A stretch of DNA of 64,000 bases, taken from assembly GCA_964459725.1 (NCBI GenBank), contig CAYWNT010000004.1, forward strand, positions 57,045 through 121,044, read 5' to 3'. Shown here in pieces: positions 36,255-45,076 of the stretch. The position numbers and the translations under genes were made by a program. This stretch comes from an uncultured Gammaproteobacteria bacterium. GTDB taxonomy: Bacteria > Patescibacteriota > Patescibacteriia > Patescibacteriales > UBA12075. Each line of letters opens with the position of its first letter. The first letter of the stretch is position 1. Under the pieces are notes generated by a model. It was not told the DNA's origin. It made no database searches and saw only the letters and a list, made by a program, of their open reading frames with translations.

Positions 36255-36291
36255 TAAAAAACCCCACCAAAGCATATGCTTCGGCGGGGTT
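36255..36291 (-). terminator. intrinsic terminator of the WG-repeat gene
   Basis: AACCCCGCCGAAGCA TA TGCTTTGGTGGGGTT on the minus strand (G-U pairs only in this orientation), followed by TTTTTT. Confidence 0.75.
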
Positions 36292-36419
36292 GAGATTTGG
36301 AACTATTTATTAGCCAAAATATTTGTAGAGAGTTTAAAGAAAATAAAATTTAATTTATGCGTTCACCTTTAAGACTGATATAAAAGACTTCGCCATCTTT
36401 TTTTACCTTAGCAATTAAT

Positions 36420-37100
36420 TCATTTGTATCTTTTTTTGGAGCCCAACCAAGAGTCTACCCAATTATAATATTTCTTGTGGGCAACTTGACCATTATGATC
36501 AATATAAAACCACCTTCCCTTTTTTATAACTAAGGCCAACCCATGAGTAAAGTCATATGCCCTACTATAACGTTCACTATAAACAGGTTTTCCATTACGA
36601 TTAATATGAAACCATTTTCCGTCTTTTTTTACATAAACCAATCCTTCATGAAAATGTCCTACCTCATCATAACGTTCTTCGTAGGCTGGTTTTCCATCTG
36701 CGGTAATATGAAATTGTCCATTTCTATCAGCGGTGGCGGCTAATCCTTCGTGAAAATTACAAGTAAAATTTGAAAAACAATTTTCATATATCCGCTTACC
36801 ATTATGATCAATATGAAAACAATCACCATGAGAATTTTCAACACTAGCCAGTCCTTCATGAAAATCTCCCACATCATCATAACGCTCTTCGTAGGCAGGT
36901 TCCCCGTTAAGGGTAATATGAAAACTCATGTGTTTTTTTCTAGCTACAGCCAATTCTTCATGAAAATCTCTTAAATCATCAAACATATCTCCATAAAGAT
37001 GATTTCCACTGCAATCAATATGAAAAAATTTTCCATCAATCTCAGCTATTGCTATACCATTATGAAAATTGCTGACTGTATCAAAAGTATGATTTTGCAT
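36420..37100 (-). CDS. WG-repeat (KWG-like) protein
   Basis: 226 aa with about 7 repeats of the type F(H/S)EGLA.V...G(K/R)(W/C)F(H/Y)I(D/N)..G(K/N).(V/I)Y...(Y/F)..; no signal peptide. Confidence 0.65.
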   Translation of the reverse strand: MQNHTFDTVSNFHNGIAIAEIDGKFFHIDCSGNHLYGDMFDDLRDFHEELAVARKKHMSFHITLNGEPAYEERYDDVGDFHEGLASVENSHGDCFHIDHNGKRIYENCFSNFTCNFHEGLAATADRNGQFHITADGKPAYEERYDEVGHFHEGLVYVKKDGKWFHINRNGKPVYSERYSRAYDFTHGLALVIKKGRWFYIDHNGQVAHKKYYNWVDSWLGSKKRYK

Positions 37101-37299
37101 AATCTTTCTCCTTAGTTTTGTTGATCTTGAAAACTCTTAAAAGTACTCAAGACAACAACCAAGGAAATGTCAAAGATCGATAATTTAATTTAGCATAAGT
37201 TGACAATTTTGTCAATAATATGATTATTAGTAATTTTATAGTTGTAATATTTGCTAAAATATCTTACACTTTAAATATAATTAATTTGATATTAAAATC

Positions 37300-38289
37300 A
37301 TGTCCGATAAAAAACAAATTTTCTCAGGAGTTCAGCCGAGTGGTGATTTGCACCTTGGTAATTATTTAGGGGCAATTTCGAAATGGGTAGAATTACAAGA
37401 TAAATATAATTGCATTTTTTGCGTGGTTGATTATCATGCTATAACAGTAAAGCAAGATCCGGAAATTCTTCGAAAGAAAATTATAGAAATAGCCAAAATT
37501 TATATTGCCTCAGGGATTGACCCTAAAAGATCTGTTATTTTTCAGCAGTCAGATGTGAAAGAACATACTGAGCTGGCTTGGATATTGAATTGTGTTGGTG
37601 CGCGTATTAGTGATTTGAACAAGATGACACAGTTCAAGGACAAGACAGGTAAGAATCAGGAAAATGTTGGTGTTGGACTTTATGATTATCCTGTTCTGAT
37701 GGCGGCTGATATATTGCTCTATAATACTGACGCTGTTCCAGTAGGAGATGATCAGTCGCAGCATGTTGAGCTCGCCAGAACTATAGCGCGCAGATTTAAT
37801 GACAAGCATGATAAAACTTTTGTCGTGCCTGAATTGATAATTAGAAAAGAAGGAGCTCGTATTATGGGGCTGGATAATCCGGAGAAGAAGATGAGCAAAA
37901 GCGCAACTAGCGAGAATAATTATATTGCTCTTACTGATGATCCAGCTAAAGCGGCAAAGAAAATAATGAGAGCAACTACTGACTCTGGCGGCGAGGTGAA
38001 ATTTGACGTAAAAGAAAAACCGGGTATTTCAAATTTGCTTACTATTTATTCGTTATTATCGAATAAGGATATTAAGACCCTAGAAAAAGATTATCAAGGC
38101 AAGGGCTATGGAGATTTCAAAAAAGATCTAGCAGAAGTGGTTAAAGAATTTCTAAATAATTTCCAAGAGAAGCTCAATGCCATCAGTGATGAAGAGGTGC
38201 GAAAGATTTTACAAGCAGGAGCTCAGAAAATTCAACCAACTGCCACCGACACAATCAACAAAGCCAGAAAGGCAATAGGAGTTAATTAA
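37300..38289 (+). CDS. trpS: tryptophan--tRNA ligase
   Basis: 329 aa; GVQPSGDLHLGNYLG (HIGH-type) and KMSKS motifs. Confidence 0.92.
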   Translation: MSDKKQIFSGVQPSGDLHLGNYLGAISKWVELQDKYNCIFCVVDYHAITVKQDPEILRKKIIEIAKIYIASGIDPKRSVIFQQSDVKEHTELAWILNCVGARISDLNKMTQFKDKTGKNQENVGVGLYDYPVLMAADILLYNTDAVPVGDDQSQHVELARTIARRFNDKHDKTFVVPELIIRKEGARIMGLDNPEKKMSKSATSENNYIALTDDPAKAAKKIMRATTDSGGEVKFDVKEKPGISNLLTIYSLLSNKDIKTLEKDYQGKGYGDFKKDLAEVVKEFLNNFQEKLNAISDEEVRKILQAGAQKIQPTATDTINKARKAIGVN

Positions 38290-38345
38290 GCCATGCCTGC
38301 ATACCATCCGGCACATAAACTGGTAGGCAGGATTCAATTTTATAT

Positions 38346-38642
38346 ATGAACATAAAAGATCTCTTAAAAGACGCAGTCCACCTTACTGATTATGAATTTG
38401 AAAGAAAATTAAATAAACTTGTGCGAGATAATTATCGTTTTCGAAACCTGGGACCTAAGAATAGGAAGCTGGTCATGGAGTTATTTAAGAAGCACAAGTC
38501 TAAATTCAGAAAAGGGATTGGCATGTCTTATACGCAGAGATATAACGAACTCAATAAATTAAAAAAAGACCGTATTAAGCTCGGTCTTACCCTGGATGAT
38601 ATTAGCGACATAAAGAAGATTTTGGAGGGTTTTAAAAAGTAA
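38346..38642 (+). CDS. hypothetical basic protein
   Basis: 98-aa ORF followed by two hairpins (38684-38716 and 38726-38754). Confidence 0.4.
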   Translation: MNIKDLLKDAVHLTDYEFERKLNKLVRDNYRFRNLGPKNRKLVMELFKKHKSKFRKGIGMSYTQRYNELNKLKKDRIKLGLTLDDISDIKKILEGFKK

Positions 38643-38725
38643 TTAGGTATAAGTTTTGTAAAATTTTTTTGATAAAAAAAGAAAGCCGCTCCTCGGAATA
38701 ATTCCAAGGGGCGGCTGTTGGTGCC

Positions 38726-38754
38726 GGAGCAAGGGTTTTTCTTGCTCCTTTTTT
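38726..38754 (+). terminator. intrinsic terminator
   Basis: GGAGCAAG GGTTTTT CTTGCTCC followed by TTTTTT. Confidence 0.75.
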
Positions 38755-38907
38755 CGCACGCTCAGAGCCGGGGGGAGAAGAGTGACTCTTTTAACTTGTT
38801 ATATGGCCCCAAGCCACAACAAGAGCCGAGCAAGCGAAAACTTATTTTTTGTTTCTGGTTAACATATTACACCAAATTTTAGAAAAGTCAACTACAAAAA
38901 ATACAAT

Positions 38908-40275
38908 TTAGCTATTATTAGTAATAATTTTCAGTATTTCATCACGTTTTCTCTTCATTTTTTCTTCATCTTTTGCTTCTAGGTTGAGTCTGATTTTAGG
39001 TTCTGTGTTAGATCCTCTAACATTGAACCAGAAGTCAGGATACTCTATGGTGACGCCGTCTAGCTCATTTATATCGCCATCTTTATATATTTCCTTCAAT
39101 TTTTTAAATACTTCTTCCTTATCATCAACAATAGAATTAATCTCTCCAGAATGATAATAGATTTTATAAGGCTCTATTATTTCAGATATTGTTTTGTCTC
39201 GCAGAGAGAAATATTCTAGTAGTTTAAGAGTTACAATAACTGGCACCTCAAAACATCCAATATTTGTATTGAGGAAAAAATGTCCGGATGACTCACCCGC
39301 GAAATACGCACCTTTTTTTATAGTCTGTTCTTTGATCAGGGAATGTCCTACTCTGGTTACAATGGCCGTACCTCCGTTTTTTTCTATCAAGTCGCGAGTG
39401 ATACGACCCGGGCGTATGTCGTAGCAAATCTTTGATCCTGGTTTTTCTTGTAGAAAAAGCATAGAGAGGAGACCGCGAATTATTGACTGGTCTATGGTTT
39501 TACCTTGGTCGTCAACAAAGAAAATTCTATCTCCGTCGCCATCAATAGCTATTCCTAAATCAGCTTTTTCTTCTAAGACTTTCTTTTGAAGGTCACGCAT
39601 GTTTTCTTCTTTTAAGGGATCAGCTTCGTGGGCCGGGAAGGTGCCATCCAGATCCCAGTTCATCTTGATGAGTTCGCATGGCAAGTTCTTGAATAGCGCA
39701 TCTAGAAACTGAGCACCCATACCATTGGCAGTGTCTGCTACAATACGAAATGGTTTTATCTTTGAGATGTCAGCGTGTTTCAAGTCGTTATTTATTTGAT
39801 CGATAAGAACATCGTCTTTTTTTATAATCTTTCCTGTGCTTGAGCTGGGAGTGAAATTGCCTTCCATTACCTTGTCTCTGAGAGTCATGATCCCAGTTTC
39901 ACCGCTAACCGGTATAGCACTTTCTCTGGTGATCTTGAAGCCATTGTATTCCTTTGGGTTGTGAGAAGCAGAAACTATAATGCCGCCGTCATAATTATAA
40001 TTGGCAACAGCAAAATAAAAGGTAGGCGTAGAAGCAAGTCCGATATCGATCACATTGGCACCAGATTCAGTAAGGCCCTTTGTCAACGCTTCTGACAAGG
40101 CTGGAGAAGAGGTTCTCATGTCTCTAGCTACCACAATTGATAATTCACCCTCCACTCCGTCTTCTCGTCTGAGTTCCACAAAGGCTTGGCCCAGCTTGTA
40201 GGCTGTATCCTCATTCAAATCCTCACCATAAATACCGCGAACATCATAAGCTTTGAAAATATTAGGATTGGTCAT
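38908..40275 (-). CDS. phosphomannomutase/phosphoglucomutase (alpha-D-phosphohexomutase)
   Basis: 455 aa; GIIVSASHNPKEYNGFK active-site serine loop, AIDGDGDR metal loop and GESSGH sugar loop. Confidence 0.88.
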   Translation of the reverse strand: MTNPNIFKAYDVRGIYGEDLNEDTAYKLGQAFVELRREDGVEGELSIVVARDMRTSSPALSEALTKGLTESGANVIDIGLASTPTFYFAVANYNYDGGIIVSASHNPKEYNGFKITRESAIPVSGETGIMTLRDKVMEGNFTPSSSTGKIIKKDDVLIDQINNDLKHADISKIKPFRIVADTANGMGAQFLDALFKNLPCELIKMNWDLDGTFPAHEADPLKEENMRDLQKKVLEEKADLGIAIDGDGDRIFFVDDQGKTIDQSIIRGLLSMLFLQEKPGSKICYDIRPGRITRDLIEKNGGTAIVTRVGHSLIKEQTIKKGAYFAGESSGHFFLNTNIGCFEVPVIVTLKLLEYFSLRDKTISEIIEPYKIYYHSGEINSIVDDKEEVFKKLKEIYKDGDINELDGVTIEYPDFWFNVRGSNTEPKIRLNLEAKDEEKMKRKRDEILKIITNNS

Positions 40276-40458
40276 AATGTTTTATTTGAAACACGTAACG
40301 TATAACACGCAACGTAAGTTATCTTATTTATTTTTAGATTATCTTTATTATATTCTATTTGTCGTTTATTGTATAGACACGATTTAAAGCTACAAAAACA
40401 AAAAACCAACTGTTGTAGATCTGTGCGGTCGTCTAAATCTCCAACAGTTGGTTTTTTT

Positions 40459-40500
40459 AGAAAAAGAAAAGCCACCTATCTCGATTGTGAGATAAGTGGC
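40459..40500 (-). terminator. intrinsic terminator of the 40508 membrane-protein gene
   Basis: GCCACTTATCTC ACAATC GAGATAGGTGGC on the minus strand, then a T-rich run. A second 12-bp hairpin (AACCAACTGTTG..CAACAGTTGGTT) at 40404-40453. Confidence 0.65.
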
Positions 40501-40507
40501 TGTTTTG

Positions 40508-41365
40508 CTAGCAAGTGGCTAGTTGATTTTTTTGACTTTTTTTTGAAACTAAATAAGTCATTGTTGATTCAAGAATCAAGGTTCCAAAATAAAAAATTAA
40601 CATTTGAGAAAAAGCAATTCCTGAAATTGAGATAATTCTTAATGGCGCTACGGATAAAAAGAAAGAAGTTACGAGTGAATATCCGACAACCAATGACGCT
40701 GTAAATACCGTTAATCCTATTTTTTCAAGTATGAATTTAGTTATAAATATAAAAAAATAAATAAATAAACTTGAAATTAAACAAAAAATGACCCCCAGTA
40801 TTTTATCGGCAAATAGCATTCCGTATAAAATTGACGATATAAATAAAACTAGAAAAATAAAAAATGATTTTTTATTTTTAAAATTTATATCACTGATATA
40901 ATTACTCGCCAAAAAAGAATAAAGAAGCGCAATCACAAAGAAGATGATTGTTAATTTTATTTCATTTTCTTTTTTTGAGATAATATTGCTATCAGTAAGT
41001 GGCAAGGGCTGAAAAACAAGAGCTTGGTCATCTTTGTCATAAGTGATTTTGTAATTCTGTGTCGGTGTAATTTTAATAGATGGAAAAACGCTTGTTAGAT
41101 TGTCAGTTTTGTTGGTTGCAAAAATATCCTCATTTACAACAAATAACGAATTTATTATTTCTTTTTCTTCATATGGGCTCAATGAAAGACCGGCTGGCAA
41201 GGAAAAATCAACTTCATATTCCTTTTCTTCTATTTCTGGCTTTACGTGAAGATTTACAATTTTTTCATTTTCGATTGAAAACCTCATTGTTTTAGCCACG
41301 GATAATCCTGGCGCAAAAACAGACATCAAAATTAACGTAGTGATAAAAAGAGCTAACCTGTTCAT
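40508..41365 (-). CDS. membrane protein (signal peptide, extracellular domain, 4-5 C-terminal TM helices)
   Basis: 285 aa; GGAGGAA SD; no family recognised. Confidence 0.5.
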   Translation of the reverse strand: MNRLALFITTLILMSVFAPGLSVAKTMRFSIENEKIVNLHVKPEIEEKEYEVDFSLPAGLSLSPYEEKEIINSLFVVNEDIFATNKTDNLTSVFPSIKITPTQNYKITYDKDDQALVFQPLPLTDSNIISKKENEIKLTIIFFVIALLYSFLASNYISDINFKNKKSFFIFLVLFISSILYGMLFADKILGVIFCLISSLFIYFFIFITKFILEKIGLTVFTASLVVGYSLVTSFFLSVAPLRIISISGIAFSQMLIFYFGTLILESTMTYLVSKKSQKNQLATC

Positions 41366-41506
41366 TATATTCCTCCTTTTTGGTTTTTCGGTTTATGTTT
41401 CTTTTTAACATATAATTTAAAAAAAGTCAAGTTGCAAGAACTTATAGTACTTTTAACATGTTAAAGAAAATTTGCTTTTGTTGGGCATTTTCTGTAAATT
41501 AAAGAC

Positions 41507-43195
41507 ATGAACAAGCAAGAAACAAAAAAAGCTATTTTGGAAATTTTGAAAAGTAGGATAAGGAATCGGAAAGATTTGATGATGGCCAAGAGGAGAATGG
41601 CGGTTAAATATTCTATTCCTATTTTTTCCAATGCTGAAATATTTAAGGAGTATCGAGAGCTCGTGAAAACGGGAAAAGTTAAAAGATCTCCGGTATTAGA
41701 TCAGGTGTTAAGGAAGCGAGCTGTTCGCACCTTGTCAGGCATTGCTCCTGTGGCAGTTCTTACTAGGCATTTTCCATGTCCTGGGAAATGTGCTTTTTGT
41801 CCTACGGAAAAAGATGTGCCTCAGAGCTACCTGTCTAATGAGCCGGCAGTGATGAGAGCTATTCGGTGTAACTATGATCCCTTCATTCAAGTTCAGGATA
41901 GACTTCGAGCCTTGGTAGCAAACGGGCATGAACCTACCAAGATGGAGGTAATCGTTATCGGAGGTACTTGGTCGGCCCATCCTCGAAAATATAAATATTG
42001 GTATATATTAAATTGCTTTGCGGCTGCAAATCAGTTTAGTCGAAAGTCTATAAAGTCACCCGCCTATCGGACGGGCAGGAAAGTCACCCGCCTATCGGAC
42101 GGGCAGGAAAGTCGAGGGTATAGCATAAATTTAAAGATTGATGAGTTGAAGAAGTTATTATTAGAGGAGCAGAAGAAAAATGAAAAAGCAAAGTACAATA
42201 TCATTGGACTTACTCTGGAAACTCGACCGGATTATATTAATGAAAAAGAATTGATTCAAATGAGAGAGTTGGGCTGCACTAGAGTTGAGATTGGGGTGCA
42301 GGCGATTGATGATAAAATTTTGAAGCTGAATAAGCGCGGACATGGAGTAGAAAAAATCGCAGATAGCACAGAGATGCTAAGAAGTTTTGGATTTAAGATT
42401 ACTTATCATATTATGCCTGGCCTGCCTGGGGCTACTCCAGCGTTAGACGCAAAGATGTTTAAGCAATTATTTTGCGATCCTAGATTTCAGCCAGATCAGA
42501 TAAAATTTTATCCCACAGTAGTTACTAAGGGCAGCTTGATGTACAGGTGGTGGAAGCAGGGAAAGTATAAACCGTATACAGACAAGCAATTGCAAAAGCT
42601 AATTATAGATTGTAAGACAGTTGTACCTTCATACGTGAGAATAATTCGTCTAATCAGAGATATCCCAGGTGAGTCCATTGAGGCTGGCAACAAGATTACA
42701 AATCTCCGACAGGTTATGCAGGATAGGGGGGTGAAATGTAATTGTATTAGATGCAGAGAGTCACGTGAGTCACAGGTTGCAAATCATAAATTGCAGATTA
42801 TTAATTATAAGGTGACTGGCGGAGAAGAGTTTTTTATAAGTTTTGAAAATAAGAAAAAGAATATTTTGTACGCTTTTTGTAGATTATTCGTTCCAGATAG
42901 CAAAACTCAAGCACTTCACCAGCTAACAAGTGGAGGTTCTATTGTTCGTGAACTTCATGTTTATGGTGAGTTAGTATCGATTGGTACTTCGACAGGCTCA
43001 GCACAAGCGAAAAAAGAAAAAAAAGTTCAACATATTGGATTAGGTAAACTTTTAATAAAAAAAGCTGAAGAAATATCACTTGATCATGGATTAGGGAAAA
43101 TAAGTATAATTTCCGGAGTTGGAGTGAGGGGGTATTATAGAAAATTAGGATATAGACTAAATAATACCTATATGGTTAAAAATATAAAGGAATAG
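41507..43195 (+). CDS. Elp3-like radical-SAM / GNAT acetyltransferase fusion (tRNA U34 modification family)
   Basis: 562 aa. Radical-SAM cluster CPGKCAFCP. ELP3-type TLETRPDYI, GCTRVEIGVQ and IMPGLPG motifs. C-terminal GNAT (QHIGLGKLLIKKAEEIS). Confidence 0.85.
   Translation: MNKQETKKAILEILKSRIRNRKDLMMAKRRMAVKYSIPIFSNAEIFKEYRELVKTGKVKRSPVLDQVLRKRAVRTLSGIAPVAVLTRHFPCPGKCAFCPTEKDVPQSYLSNEPAVMRAIRCNYDPFIQVQDRLRALVANGHEPTKMEVIVIGGTWSAHPRKYKYWYILNCFAAANQFSRKSIKSPAYRTGRKVTRLSDGQESRGYSINLKIDELKKLLLEEQKKNEKAKYNIIGLTLETRPDYINEKELIQMRELGCTRVEIGVQAIDDKILKLNKRGHGVEKIADSTEMLRSFGFKITYHIMPGLPGATPALDAKMFKQLFCDPRFQPDQIKFYPTVVTKGSLMYRWWKQGKYKPYTDKQLQKLIIDCKTVVPSYVRIIRLIRDIPGESIEAGNKITNLRQVMQDRGVKCNCIRCRESRESQVANHKLQIINYKVTGGEEFFISFENKKKNILYAFCRLFVPDSKTQALHQLTSGGSIVRELHVYGELVSIGTSTGSAQAKKEKKVQHIGLGKLLIKKAEEISLDHGLGKISIISGVGVRGYYRKLGYRLNNTYMVKNIKE
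42038..42115 (+). repeat. AAAGTC-word / hairpin element with 28-nt tandem duplication, inside the Elp3-like CDS
   Basis: GTCGAAAGTC-TATAAAGTC, then two exact 28-nt units AAGTCACCCGCCTATCGGACGGGCAGGA (42053-42080 and 42081-42108), then AAGTC. Translated KSPAYRTGR / KVTRLSDGQE in different frames. Confidence 0.85.
42986..43008 (+). repeat. in-frame GC-rich element copy (Elp3-like, between the SAM and GNAT parts)
   Basis: ACTTCGACAGGCTCAGCACAAGC, translated TSTGSAQA. Confidence 0.6.
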
Positions 43196-43386
43196 GCTAA
43201 TGTTAGTAAATTTTTAGGATAAAAATTAAGAAATTATAAACATTTAATTAATTATCCACATTGACTTAAATTGGAAATTTTGCTATACTAAATACATAAG
43301 GTTGAGATAGCATTTATTTTTAAACAAAAAGTTTAAAATTCTTCAGAAAAACCTTCAAAAATAAAACAAAAACAAAAATAAAAAAA

Positions 43387-43683
43387 ATGCACAATATTCA
43401 TGTTATTAAAACAGGCAATTTTGGTTTTGACCACGTTGGCTGGAAATATAACAATTTAATAAAAAAGAAAGCAATGGAGCAGGAGTTCAGTTTTACTGGA
43501 CTCATTATTAGCTTGTCCATTGCTTTTTTTATTGTTTTATCTACTGCGTTTTTTTTAAGCTTACTGACTAAATCAGTGACTCAAGCGCAAGCTGAGAGTG
43601 TTATTTATGAAAGCAATATTTACAAGCTAGAAAGTAATGAATTTTTACATACAAAATTAACTGTTTTTAGTAAACAGGCCTAA
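43387..43683 (+). CDS. small membrane protein (hypothetical)
   Basis: 98-aa ORF. The likely true start is the internal Met (MEQEFSFTG..) before the single TM helix. A perfect DnaA box TTATCCACA lies upstream at 43252-43260. Confidence 0.35.
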   Translation: MHNIHVIKTGNFGFDHVGWKYNNLIKKKAMEQEFSFTGLIISLSIAFFIVLSTAFFLSLLTKSVTQAQAESVIYESNIYKLESNEFLHTKLTVFSKQA

Positions 43684-44042
43684 GGGACTGTTGTTGGTTT
43701 CTATTTTAGTGATTTTTTATTCTTAAAATGGCACTCAACAACAGTCCCGAAAATGTTCTTTATAAAAAATGCAGCTATGCTTAATATAGGTATAACAAAA
43801 AAGAAAAAATTATCAATATAAGCATAGCTCTCTTTCTTACTTTGTTCCTTCTGGAGCAGAGTGAGCATGGGGATAAAAATCAGAAACACCGCCGGTCTCT
43901 ATTTTAGGCGGTGTTTTTGTTTATCAAAAAATAAAACTTTTAAATAATTGACAAAATTTAATTTTTATGTTAGTATTTTTGCAGAATGAACTTTGAAAAT
44001 TTATTGCAACTTAATCTAATATATAAGCTGGAGGGTTAATAA

Positions 44043-45062
44043 ATGGACAGTGCTCTTGTGGTTAAAGATTATTCTTTGTCTCAATGTGATAGCGATGATA
44101 CAAAAATACTGTTTCGAAAATTTAGAGAAGTTTTTAGTGCAGAAAAACAAGTATATCGAGCTGTTTTTTGGATTGAGGAAAAGTTTGGTAAATTTATTCT
44201 TCGTAGTGTGCCAGACATAAAAAGAAAGAAAAAGTCAGAAGATATAATAGTGGGAAAAGTGTTAGATGTTTTTTCGGCTAAGATACTAATTGGTAATTTT
44301 TTTGCAGGACGAAATATGACTCAAATAAAATGGGAATTGTATTCCGATTTTAATTTAAGTGATAAAATTGAAGAAGGTAGATTTGATTACAAAGATTTAT
44401 TGTCTGGTTTAGAGTTGGTAGATCAGGATTATTATGCTCAAAGCTCGATTTACCCAAAAGGTGACTGGGATTTTGATGGTATTATTTTAACTCACCAATG
44501 TCCTAAATGCTATAGGGTTTTCGATAAAGAATTTATAATTTTAAATCCATTCAAATTTTGTGATTCTTGTGGAGAAAAGATTCCTGTTGGCAAGGGAAAG
44601 GAAATTATTAGCAGAATGTTGAAAAAAATTAATTATTTTCCGTCAAAAATAATTCTTACAAACTTTGAGGAAATAAAAAAAAGAAGTGATAATAGGATTC
44701 AGCTCTATATTGATCCAATGTGCAATTCGGTTATCTTGTGGATTTTAACATCTCCTGTTAGTAGTCGAAATCCGCAAATATTTGAAAAATTTGTGATACG
44801 TGAAAGCGGGTATAATTATCTAGATAAGGCATTTAAATCAAGTATTTTTTGTCTTATGTCAAGTAATTGTTTAAGTAGGGATATGAATCAATATTTAGAA
44901 GAAATTGATGTGGATGGTTCGATTATGTTTATCAGGTTGGCAAAAAAATATGGCAATATGTTGAAGAACAAAGATTCGGATGAGTTATTATCTAATGCGG
45001 AAGCTGAAAAATTATTAAAATTTTTTCCTCATTTTATAAACGAATTAATAATTAAAGCATAA
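44043..45062 (+). CDS. uncharacterised zinc-ribbon protein, paralogue A
   Basis: GGAGGG SD. Shares a core with the next ORF: LIGN...G..MT.I(K/R)WELY.D......I..GR.D..DLLS......P(K/R)GDWDFD, then CPKC..x17..CDSC. Confidence 0.6.
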   Translation: MDSALVVKDYSLSQCDSDDTKILFRKFREVFSAEKQVYRAVFWIEEKFGKFILRSVPDIKRKKKSEDIIVGKVLDVFSAKILIGNFFAGRNMTQIKWELYSDFNLSDKIEEGRFDYKDLLSGLELVDQDYYAQSSIYPKGDWDFDGIILTHQCPKCYRVFDKEFIILNPFKFCDSCGEKIPVGKGKEIISRMLKKINYFPSKIILTNFEEIKKRSDNRIQLYIDPMCNSVILWILTSPVSSRNPQIFEKFVIRESGYNYLDKAFKSSIFCLMSSNCLSRDMNQYLEEIDVDGSIMFIRLAKKYGNMLKNKDSDELLSNAEAEKLLKFFPHFINELIIKA

Positions 45063-45076
45063 AGAGGGGGCAAAGA

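Noticed and set aside
38684-38845. SRP (4.5S) RNA or another known housekeeping RNA in the GC-rich intergenic stretch
   Set aside because: Neither strand contains the conserved helix-8 motif (..GGUCCGGAAGGAAGCAGCC..) or other signature motifs I can recall. The first two hairpins are adequately explained as terminators of the 38346 gene.
40369-40635. 88-aa plus-strand ORF in the track
   Set aside because: It spans two terminator hairpins and the 3' end of the minus-strand membrane-protein gene. It has no SD and an implausible composition.
42070-42112. GGAAAGTC strings resembling the RNase P RNA CR-I motif (GAGGAAAGUCC)
   Set aside because: They lie inside the Elp3-like CDS as part of the 28-nt tandem repeat, recur in the dispersed repeat family, and have no accompanying P4/CR-V elements.
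43701-43889. 62-aa minus-strand ORF between 43683 and 44043
   Set aside because: It has no SD and no family, and a hairpin (AACACCGCC..GGCGGTGTT at about 43881-43918) overlaps its start region. It cannot be supported as a gene, although a tiny membrane protein cannot be excluded.
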